In this document: piece by piece, positions 23,189 through 32,103 of the stretch
Numbering within the stretch: the first letter of the stretch is position 1
Layout of the letters: each line of letters starts with the position of its first letter
NCBI GenBank assembly: GCA_032718475.1
Contig: JAUCBJ010009075.1
Location: 1 to 35,040 of the forward strand
DNA: 35,040 bases
Direction: 5' to 3'
Source of the DNA: Nemertoderma westbladi
Lineage: Eukaryota; Animalia; Xenacoelomorpha
Made by a program: the position numbers and the translations under genes
The notes under the pieces: generated by a model
The model's input: only the letters and a program-made list of their open reading frames with translations
The model's database searches: none
Told to the model about the DNA's origin: nothing

Positions 23189-23770
23189 GAATTTCACGTT
23201 GACAACGTGAAGAAAGATAATGCAAAACTACGCAGCGAGGTAGAAGGTTGTAAAGATGTTATAGCAAAACAGCAGCGTCAACTAGAAGTTTTTGACACTG
23301 ACAGAAGATCGAAGAATATAATTATTCGTGGGATACCAGAAATAAATCCAGAAGTAGATCGCGCATTTTCAATAAAGATATTGAAGATTGCCGGCATGGA
23401 GAACCCTAACAACGTTTCGTTTAGACGATTAGGACGACAGTCAGATACAACTAATGGGACACAACAGGGTGGGAGTGCCCCGAGTCGTCCTCGACCGGTG
23501 TTAGTTGAGCTGGAGTCTCGCTATATTCGTGATAAGCTACTAGTTGGTGCCAAATCGTTGTCTAAGGCAGGAGAGGAATTTCACAACGTATATATTAAAC
23601 GAGATGAGATACCCCAGACCCTTGAAATGAATAGCAAACTGTATAAAGCGCTGCACGAGGAGAAACAGAAGCCCGTCAATATCAATGCAAACGTATTTAT
23701 TAACTGGCGTACAAGGTGTGTGATGAGGGATAATACTGTATTATTTCAGGTACCCAAATTGGGTTTTTAA
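23189..23770 (+). CDS. LINE ORF1 C-terminal part (coiled coil plus L1-type RRM/CTD); N-terminus missing
   Basis: [13 protein letters not shown]...RRLG...RPRPVLVEL...RDKLL..AK.L...VYIKRD motifs typical of non-LTR ORF1p. The frame continues upstream into the CT repeat with no ATG. Confidence 0.85.
   Translation, partial: EFHVDNVKKDNAKLRSEVEGCKDVIAKQQRQLEVFDTDRRSKNIIIRGIPEINPEVDRAFSIKILKIAGMENPNNVSFRRLGRQSDTTNGTQQGGSAPSRPRPVLVELESRYIRDKLLVGAKSLSKAGEEFHNVYIKRDEIPQTLEMNSKLYKALHEEKQKPVNINANVFINWRTRCVMRDNTVLFQVPKLGF
23761..23767 (+). promoter_or_regulatory. Putative -1 ribosomal frameshift slippery site G_GGT_TTT
   Basis: ORF1 ends ttG GGT TTT TAA. ORF2 is in the -1 frame, open from 23734, and has no ATG until 24154. 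Confidence 0.6.
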
Positions 23771-26223
23771 TAGGGCCGTGTGTAGATCTTAACATTCTTT
23801 GGTTTAATATCGCTGGAATTCAGAATAAGTTAGAAAATAGAAATACTGTACACTTTTTACTCCAATTTGACATTATATTTTTATTGGAAATTAATAGTGC
23901 TTTGAATTTTACTGTACCTGGGCTCAAGTTTTTAAAGCGAAGTAAAATTTTACAAGGCAGAGGCCACCGTGGCGGTGTGGCTCTATTTGCCAAACCGTTT
24001 TTAGAGGATTTTATTACTGAAATAAAAGACAATTATGAGGACCAGTTGTGGATAAAAATACCTACCGTAGATTCAAGGTATATCGGAGGATGTTACATCC
24101 CCAATAGCAGTTCAAAATTTTTTGATATATCATGTTTTGGGATTATTCAGGGTATGTTTATGTCTGGGGATGCCCTATTGGCCGGAGGTGATTTAAACAG
24201 TAGAATTGGTTACCCCGGTTGCCAACCGCTGGATGGGGCCTATAAAACCTGGCCAGATAATACTGTAAATAGCCATGGGAAAATATTGAAACAAATGTGT
24301 ACTGACACGGATGCAGTTATTGTGAACGGTTTAAAAGTACCATCATGTGATTTTCAGAGTGGTCTAACTTATAAAATAAAAGGAGTATGGAAGTCAGCTT
24401 TGGACTATATAATAGTAGCGAGGTCTCACGTAGAAGGTCCCAACAATAAACTCAGGTCATTAACTATTTGGTCTGACATAACCTTACCATCTGATCATGC
24501 ACCAATTAGTATATCTATTAGAGCAAACGAGATGCCTCTGGCACTATTAGATAAGCGAGCAACGAGTTTAGGTACCTATGACAATTACCTTAAAAGAGGG
24601 CACGAGGTAGCACATCGATTGAAGCCAAACCAAAACAGTGTATCCAACTATACCCAGTATATGCGAGTCAATAACCCACCGCCGTCATTGAGTATGAACA
24701 TGAGTGATGTGCATTTCATTTGTAACGAACTTAGTAACCAATTATATGCTGCAGCAAAAACAACCCGTTGTAGGATAAAGGCGAGAGCTGGCAGTACCGA
24801 CACCACATCTTGGGGGAATGAGAGGTGGAACCACTTACTTGCATGTAAAGACTCTAAAACGTTATGGGCTGCCATTGATTGGAGAGGTAATGTATCTACG
24901 CTGTCAACTCAAACAGATAGTCCAACATGCCCAACAGACGATGAATTTCAAGCTCATTACAATGCGCTATTAAATGATCCTGAGTATATAGAAGAGCAAA
25001 TTGAATCTGAAATTAATATCCCTCTTTTAGATGAAGATATAACAATCAATGAAGTCAATGACGCAGCCTCGAAACTGAAATCGAACCGTGCTAGCGGTCC
25101 AGATGGATTGGCATCCGAATATTTGAAATCACTTCCAATGAACTGGCTGATTACTTTAACAATGATATTTAACTTGGTATTCTCTTCTAGAATTTACCCG
25201 AACACATGGGCATATGCTACACTTGTGTCAATCTTTAAGAAAGGAAATCGAATGTTATGTTCGAATTATAGGGGGATCAGTGTCATGAACTGTATACCTA
25301 AGCTTTATGATATGATATTAACTAGTAGGCTCATGGCCTGGTATAAACCATTACCTGAGCAAGCAGGTGCTAGTAAGGGCCGAGGATGTATTGAGCAAAT
25401 ACTGGCGATACGATTGCTTTGTGATCATGCGAGGAAATGTAAAGCTATACTCTATGTGGTCTTTGTAGATTTCGAAAAGGCCTATGACAATGTTAATCGT
25501 AACTACATGTTTGAAATGTTGAATAAGCTTGGTTGTGGTTCTAGAATGCTTAGAGCTTTACAGGCTATGTATAAGACAACTATTGCTTCAGTCCACTCAC
25601 TATATATTATTTGTAATAAAGGCGTCCGCCAAGGTTCACCAGGAAGCTTATACTTGTTCGTAACCATTATTGATTGTTTTGTAAGAGCACTTAAAAAGCT
25701 CCCACCCGATAGCTGGCTCAGAAAGCTCCACAGTGTACTACTTATGGATGATACTGCAATAATGGGAACATCTAGGGAGGCAATTATTGTGAAATTAAAA
25801 GTGCTTGAGGAATTCTGCCGGACTTCTGGGATGATCATCAATATTAAGAAAACCAAATTTATTGTAATAAACGGAACTGACGATGACAAACGCGACTTCA
25901 TTATTGGGAACAAAGCAATAAAATATACAAATTCATATATATATCTGGGCTCACCTATTTCTGCAGACGGTTTAGTTTCAACCGCAATAGAGCTGATAGC
26001 AAAGGAGAAACAGTCGCACTTATTGAAATTCTCTACATTCATCAATAAGAACCCTGATGTACCATTCCGTGTGAAAAGGAAAATTTTTGATGCTGCCTTA
26101 GTATCAGCAATTACATATGGGTGCGAAACATGGTGCGGTGGGTCAATAGTTCCAATGACGAAGATTTACATGTCAATGGTACGTCTGTTATTGGGTGTCC
26201 GACCAACAACGTGTGGCGACATT
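23761..26223 (+). CDS. Outer LINE ORF2, 5' part: AP endonuclease and reverse transcriptase
   Basis: APE motifs ILWFNIAG, DIIFLLE, GGVA, GGDLNSR, LDYII, SDHAPI. RT motifs NYRGIS, EQAG, FVDFEKAYD, GVRQG, LMDD, YLG. The true frame starts upstream of the ORF-track start at 23884. Confidence 0.92.
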
Positions 26224-26418
26224 TATTATATATTATATTATATTGTTTTAATTCCTGTACATAGATAAAATGTAAATGGGAATAGTAAAACCAAATGCAT
26301 CATTAAAACATGCTAAATAAGTAAGTAAGTAATAAGTATAAAGTCTTTGACAAATTAAATAAAATTACATTAAGTATAGATGATATAAGAAATTAAATAA
26401 TAAACATTGGACATTAAC

Positions 26419-29400
26419 TCAGTCGAAAAATAACGGCATCTCATTACTAATAAGGTATCGTATGGCCATAGGTGCAAATGAGTTCTGAAATAATTTCGTA
26501 CGAACGTTTGGCATTGTGTATTTGCTGCGAGTTGAGGTGGACGTTGACTTGGAGGCCATGATAAAATCATGTAAGGGGTGTCGGGGTGTGGCCATAATCT
26601 TGTTAACCATGTTGACAAATTGAGTGGAGAATGCGTCATTAATATATTTTAAGTACACATGTTTATCTATCTTAGAGTGCCTTGCGTACAGTGATATTGG
26701 TTTACGCAGCTTCTTTCTTAGACTGGATGGTGTAAGAGGGACCCAAGCCACAGAACAGTACAAATAGTGTGGTGCAATGTACGTTTGGAATAGAAATATT
26801 TTAGTCTTTTTACTCGCAAACCGAATGAAGAAGCTGAACTGGCGGACTATGTAGTTAACTTTTTTTATTAAGTTAGAGACATGGATTTTCCATGACATAT
26901 TATCTGATATCCACACTCCCAGATGTTTCACCACAGCTGGTCGTGGTACGACATTACCCCCAATTGTAATCCTTTCCTTTGCAATATCTACGATTTTAGA
27001 GTCTTTGAAATTTATTGGAATGAAGCACAGTTCCTCAGACTTCTTTGTGTTCAGCTTCAAGTTTTTCTTTAATGACAAATCTACAATTTTCTTAATACTT
27101 AGCTCATATTTATCATTATCTTTTGAACAACTAATAGAGTACAAGCAACGAGAATCGTCAGAATACTTGGCAAGGGAACCATCTTCTTCTCTAATTTCAT
27201 CTGTATCTTTCGTAAACAATGGACCGCTTAGAGGACCACCTTGAGGAAATCCAACTTTTAGAGTTATTGTAGGAGATATAATTCTACCAGATTTAACGCA
27301 TTGAGAGAAGTTACTCATATAAGACTGTAACCAAGTCACCAACCAGCGCATATCTGTAGGCAGTTCGTCTAACAGTTTGTTCAAGAATCTGTTCTGCAGT
27401 ACAGTATTAAAAGCAGAGGAGTAATCTATGAATAGGCATTTTACGATTGTGTGCCTTTTGTCTAGTGCTCCCGTAATTTGGTGTAATAAATAAAGCACTG
27501 CATCCGCAGTTGAATAATCCTTTTTGTACGCAAATTGGAAGATGTCATCGCTATCTACTGTTGCAGTACGGAAAATTCCTAGTGCAATCCTGTCGAGGAT
27601 CCTTGAGCTTAGTGGAGTAACACATACAGGCCTGAAACTCGTTTTATCTGAGATAGATGAGTTGTGTCTTTTGGGTAAAGCAGATGTTAGCGCAGAGTTC
27701 CAATTTTGAGGATATTTTTGGAGTTGAAAGCTGCCATTAAAAAGGGAGGCATATGGTATTGAAAGTTCCCTAGCGAATGTTTTATAGCAAGTTGATGATA
27801 TAATGCTACTTCCTTGGGCAGTATTTGATTTCAATTTACGGATTTGATGTTCAACTTCAAGAGGCTCAATGACTTTCACATTATTCTCATAGCTAACTCC
27901 TTTGTACGTTGGTTCATCTTTGTCCACGTCTTCATTAAACCTAGTAAAGAACTCATTTAGACTCTCAACTTCTTTCGCATCAAATGTATGAATTTTATGT
28001 TTGTTCTTGAGGCAGTTGCTTGATAGCTTATATATTTGATCTTTTGACATACTGCTAAAATCTGATTGACGTTTGTTAAATATTAATTTATTAATCTTTC
28101 TCTGGCACTCATTTCGCTTGGCATTATCTCTATTCACAATAGCAAGCCTTTTTTCTTCCATTAGTTCCCTAATACCCTTGATCGGCTGCCGCATATTAAA
28201 CTTCCTGGTTTTAATCTTTGTCAAGGGTAAGTGTCGATCAATTACATACTTTATATAGCTTTCAGTTGTTTCTACATTTTCATCTAGACTCTGGGTTTCA
28301 TCATAGAAAATATTCCAGTCTGTCTCTTGAAACACTTGTCGCACTTCAGCAACTTTGTCCGAACTAAAAACCTGAATTCTTTTGTAACATGATTTTGGTT
28401 TATAGATGTTCCTACAGTCAATTTTAGGCTTAAGTAGAATAGTCTTATGGCCATGGTCTGAGTTACCAATAGGAGCAATTATTAAACATTTGTAAGGGGA
28501 TGCTGCAGTGACGTAAGCGACATCCAACTGAGATTCTGAGCGAGTGAAAGTGAAAGTGGGTTCATCAATCATATTCACTAAATTCAGGGAGTCTAAGTAG
28601 TTCAATTTCGGCTGGTTGACATCTCCAATCACAATTAAAAAGCCCCTAGGATTCGAAACCATGATCGTGCTCATCATTTTACGAAGTTCTTTTCTCGAAA
28701 TTGCTCGATTTGCCTTAGGCCGTATGTAAATATTGATAATGATGATACAGCTATACTGTGATGGAAGATATCTTGGACGACATAATACACCTAAAGCTTC
28801 TATATGAGGTGATGAAATGGAGGTAACCATGGTGGGTCTGGTATTACACCATAGTTTGCTCACATATGTAACCAGACCACCACCACCATTCTCCTCAAAT
28901 TTTGATAGGTCTCTATCATGCCGAAAGAGATAGAAATTGTCCAGTTCAATACTACCATCTGATACATCATTCTGCAGTTTGGATTCTTGTATTGTAACCA
29001 CAGTCACATTATTGTATAGTACAACTAATTCACACAAAATAACGTGTTTACCTTGAAGCCCATTGACATTGTTGTTTAAAATGAATGGTAGCGACAACCA
29101 CTCAGTGGGAAGGTTAGTAGAACCGACGCCATCTTGGGGGGAGGCGGGCTGTGACGCACTTGGTGTTGCTGAATTAATCGAACCGGTGCCCCCTCGTGAG
29201 GAGGGGGACTGTGACGCGCTTAGTGTTGCTGAATTAATCGAACCGGTGCCCCCTTGGGAGGAGGGGGGCTGTGACGCAATCAGAGTTGATGAATTAATCA
29301 AACCGGTGCCCCCTCGGGGGGAGGGGGGCTGTGAGGTGCACCCTCGGGGGGAGGGGGACTGTGACGCAATTAGTGTTGCTGAATTAATCGAACCAGGGCC

Positions 29401-32100
29401 CCCTCGGGAGGAGGGGGGCTGTGACACAGTTAGAGTTGCTGAATTAATCGAACCGGTGCCCCCTCGGGAGGAGGGGGGCTGTGACGCAATTAGTGTTGCT
29501 GAATTAATCGAACCAGGGCCCCCTCGGGGGGAGGGGGGCTGTGAGGAGCACCCTCGGGAGGAGGGGGACTGTGACGCAATTAGTGTTGCTGAATTAATCA
29601 AACCGGTGCCCCCTCGGGGGGATGAGGGTTGTGAGGAGCACCCTCGGGAGGAGGGGGACTGTGATGCAATTAGTGTTGCTGAATTAATCGAACCGGTGCC
29701 CCCTCTGGAGGAGGGGGGCTGTGACGCAATCAGAGTTGCTGAATTAATCAAACCGGTGCCCCCTCGGGAGGAGGGGGACTGTGACGCAATTAGTGTTGCT
29801 GAATTAATCGAACCAGGGCCCCCTCGGGAGAAGGGGGGCTGTGACGCAATTAGAGTTGCCAAATTAATCGAACCGGTACCCCCTCGGGAGGAGGGGGGCT
29901 GTGACGCAATTAGAGTTGCTGAATTAATCGAACCGGTGCCCCCTCGGGAGGAGGGGGGCTGTGACGCAATCAGAGTTGCTGAATTAATCAAACCGGTGCC
30001 CCCTCGGGGGGAGGGGGGCTGTGAGGTGCACCCTCGGGGGGAGGGGGACTGTGACGCAATTAGTGTTGCCGAATTAATCGAACCAGGGCCCCCTCGAGAG
30101 GAGGGGGACTGTGACGCAATTAGAGTTGCCGAATTAATCGAACCGGTACCCCCTCGGGAGTAGGGGGGCTGTGACGCAATTAGAGTTGCTGAATTAATCG
30201 AACCGGTGCCCCCTCGGGAGGAGGGGGGCTGTGACGCAATTAGAGTTGCCGAATTAATCGAACCGGTGCCCCCTCGGGAGGAGGGGGGCTGTGACGCAAT
30301 TAGAGTTGCTGAATTAATCGAACCGGTGCCCCCTTGGGAGGAGGGGGGATGTGACGCAATCAGAGTTGCTGAATTAATCAAACCGGTGCCCCCTCGGGGG
30401 GAGGGGGGCTGTGAGGTGAACCCTCGGGAGGAGGGGGACTGTGACGCAATTAGAGTTGCTGAATTAGTCAAACCGGTGCCCCCTCGAGAGGAGGGGGGCT
30501 GTGACGCAATTAGAGTTGCCGAATTAATCGAACCGGTGCCCCCTCGAGAGGAGGGGGGCTGTGACGCAATTAGAGTTGCCGAATTAATCGAACCGGTACC
30601 CCCTCGGGAGTAGGGGGGCTGTGACGCAATTAGAGTTGCCGAATTAATCGAACCAGGGCCCCCTCGAGAGGAGGGGGGCTGTGACGCAATTAGAGTTGCC
30701 GAATTAATCGAACCGGTACCCCCTCGGGAGTAGGGGGGCTGTGACGCAATTAGAGTTGCTGAATTAATCGAACCGGTGCCCCCTCGGGAGGAGGGGGGCT
30801 GTGACGCAATTAGAGTTGCCGAATTAATCGAACCGGTGCCCCCTCGGGAGGAGGGGGGCTGTGACGCAATTAGAGTTGCTGAATTAATCGAACCGGTACC
30901 CCCTCGGGAGGAGGGGGGCTGTGACGCAATTAGAGTTGCCGAATTAATCGAACCGGTACCCCCTCGGGAGGAGGGGGGCTGTGACGCAATTAGAGTTGCT
31001 GAATTAATCAAACCGGTGCCCCCTCGGGAGGAGGGGGGCTGTGAGGTGTACCCTCGGGAGGAGGGGGGCTGTGACGCAATTAGAGTTGCCGAATTAATCA
31101 AACTGGTGCCCCCTCGGGAGGAGGGGGGCTGTGACGCAATTAGAGTTGCCGAATTAATCGAACCGGTGCCCCCTCGGGAGTAGGGGGGCTGTGACGCAAT
31201 TAGAGTTGCCGAATTAATCGAACCGGTACCCCCTCGGGAGGAGGGGGGCTGTGACGCAATTAGAGTTGCCGAATTAATCGAACCGGTACCCCCTCGGGAG
31301 GAGGGGGGCTGTGACGCAATTTGAGTTGCCGAATTAATCGAACCAGTACCCCCTCGGGAGGAGGGGGGCTGTGACGCAATTAGAGTTGCTGAATTAATCA
31401 AACCGGTGCCCCCTCGGGGGGAGGGGGGCTGTGAGGTGTACCCTCGGGAGGAGGGGGGCTGTGACGCAATTAGAGTTGCTGAATTAATCGAACCGGTACC
31501 CCCTCGGGAGGAGGGGGGCTGTGACGCAATTAGAGTTGCCGAATTAATCGAACCAGTGCCCCCTCGGGAGGAGGGGGGCTGTGACGCAATTAGAGTTGCC
31601 GAATTAATCGAACCGGTGCCCCCTCGGGAGGAGGGGGGCTGTGACGCAATTAGAGTTGCTGAATTAATCGAACTGGTGCCCCCTCGGGAGGAGGGGGGCT
31701 GTGACGCAATTCGAGTTGCTGAATTAATCGAACTGGTGCCCCCTCGGGAGGAGGGGGGCTGTGACGCAATTAGAGTTGCCGAATTAATCGAACCAGTGCC
31801 CCCTCGGGAGGAGGGGGGCTGTGACGCATTTAGAGTTACCGAATTAATCGAACCGGTGCCCCCTCGGGAGGAGGGGGGCTGTGACGCAATTAGAGTTGCC
31901 GAATTAATCGAACCGGTACCCCCTCGGGGGGAGGAGGGCTGTGACGCAATTAGAGTTGCCGAATTAATCGAACCGGTGCCCCCTCGGGAGGAGGGGGGCT
32001 GTGACGCAATTAGAGTTGCCGAATTAGTTGATCCGGCGCCCCCTCGGGAGGAGGGGGCACGCAACACAATATTACTACTGGAAAGGTGGGGGGAATGTAG
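26419..32100 (-). CDS. Inner LINE ORF2: repeat linker of about 980 aa, AP endonuclease and reverse transcriptase
   Basis: APE motifs NNVNGL, IQES, GGGGLVTYV...WC, CRPRYLP, GDVN, QLD, SDH. RT motifs FRPV, FQFAY, FIDYSSAFNT, GFPQG, KYSDD, LNTKKSEE, HLGV. C-terminal HPLH...RT..FQNSF.P.AIR is typical of Rex1/Babar. The frame is open from immediately after the ORF1 stop; first ATG only at 28830. Confidence 0.92.
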   Translation of the reverse strand, partial: LHSPHLSSSNIVLRAPSSRGGAGSTNSATLIASQPPSSRGGTGSINSATLIASQPSSPRGGTGSINSATLIASQPPSSRGGTGSINSVTLNASQPPSSRGGTGSINSATLIASQPPSSRGGTSSINSATRIASQPPSSRGGTSSINSATLIASQPPSSRGGTGSINSATLIASQPPSSRGGTGSINSATLIASQPPSSRGGTGSINSATLIASQPPSSRGYTSQPPSPRGGTGLINSATLIASQPPSSRGGTGSINSATQIASQPPSSRGGTGSINSATLIASQPPSSRGGTGSINSATLIASQPPYSRGGTGSINSATLIASQPPSSRGGTSLINSATLIASQPPSSRGYTSQPPSSRGGTGLINSATLIASQPPSSRGGTGSINSATLIASQPPSSRGGTGSINSATLIASQPPSSRGGTGSINSATLIASQPPSSRGGTGSINSATLIASQPPYSRGGTGSINSATLIASQPPSSRGGPGSINSATLIASQPPYSRGGTGSINSATLIASQPPSSRGGTGSINSATLIASQPPSSRGGTGLTNSATLIASQSPSSRGFTSQPPSPRGGTGLINSATLIASHPPSSQGGTGSINSATLIASQPPSSRGGTGSINSATLIASQPPSSRGGTGSINSATLIASQPPYSRGGTGSINSATLIASQSPSSRGGPGSINSATLIASQSPSPRGCTSQPPSPRGGTGLINSATLIASQPPSSRGGTGSINSATLIASQPPSSRGGTGSINLATLIASQPPFSRGGPGSINSATLIASQSPSSRGGTGLINSATLIASQPPSSRGGTGSINSATLIASQSPSSRGCSSQPSSPRGGTGLINSATLIASQSPSSRGCSSQPPSPRGGPGSINSATLIASQPPSSRGGTGSINSATLTVSQPPSSRGGPGSINSATLIASQSPSPRGCTSQPPSPRGGTGLINSSTLIASQPPSSQGGTGSINSATLSASQSPSSRGGTGSINSATPSASQPASPQDGVGSTNLPTEWLSLPFILNNNVNGLQGKHVILCELVVLYNNVTVVTIQESKLQNDVSDGSIELDNFYLFRHDRDLSKFEENGGGGLVTYVSKLWCNTRPTMVTSISSPHIEALGVLCRPRYLPSQYSCIIIINIYIRPKANRAISRKELRKMMSTIMVSNPRGFLIVIGDVNQPKLNYLDSLNLVNMIDEPTFTFTRSESQLDVAYVTAASPYKCLIIAPIGNSDHGHKTILLKPKIDCRNIYKPKSCYKRIQVFSSDKVAEVRQVFQETDWNIFYDETQSLDENVETTESYIKYVIDRHLPLTKIKTRKFNMRQPIKGIRELMEEKRLAIVNRDNAKRNECQRKINKLIFNKRQSDFSSMSKDQIYKLSSNCLKNKHKIHTFDAKEVESLNEFFTRFNEDVDKDEPTYKGVSYENNVKVIEPLEVEHQIRKLKSNTAQGSSIISSTCYKTFARELSIPYASLFNGSFQLQKYPQNWNSALTSALPKRHNSSISDKTSFRPVCVTPLSSRILDRIALGIFRTATVDSDDIFQFAYKKDYSTADAVLYLLHQITGALDKRHTIVKCLFIDYSSAFNTVLQNRFLNKLLDELPTDMRWLVTWLQSYMSNFSQCVKSGRIISPTITLKVGFPQGGPLSGPLFTKDTDEIREEDGSLAKYSDDSRCLYSISCSKDNDKYELSIKKIVDLSLKKNLKLNTKKSEELCFIPINFKDSKIVDIAKERITIGGNVVPRPAVVKHLGVWISDNMSWKIHVSNLIKKVNYIVRQFSFFIRFASKKTKIFLFQTYIAPHYLYCSVAWVPLTPSSLRKKLRKPISLYARHSKIDKHVYLKYINDAFSTQFVNMVNKIMATPRHPLHDFIMASKSTSTSTRSKYTMPNVRTKLFQNSFAPMAIRYLISNEMPLFFD
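29121..32060 (-). repeat. In-frame 60-bp (20-aa) tandem repeat, about 45 full units plus 7 interspersed 30-bp half units
   Basis: Encodes SQPPSSRGGTGSINSATLIA. Half units such as SQPPSSRGYT lie near 29331, 29541, 29631, 30021, 30411, 31041 and 31431. No 1-2-bp indels seen. Confidence 0.97.
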
Positions 32101-32103
32101 TCA
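32098..32103 (-). promoter_or_regulatory. Putative stop-codon readthrough signal TGA-CTA
   Basis: Minus strand reads GTC GAT TGA CTA CAT TCC...; ORF1 and ORF2 are in the same frame, separated only by this TGA. Confidence 0.65.

Noticed and set aside
21855-23210. 451-aa extensin-like Pro/Ser protein
   Set aside because: Artefact of a G-free repeat that cannot contain stop codons.
29121-32060. CRISPR-like or ncRNA array associated with a reverse transcriptase
   Set aside because: No unique spacers; units are contiguous and lie inside a LINE reading frame.
32098-32103. Selenocysteine recoding of the in-frame TGA
   Set aside because: No SECIS recognised in the short AT-rich 3' UTR and the position is not catalytic; plain readthrough fits better.
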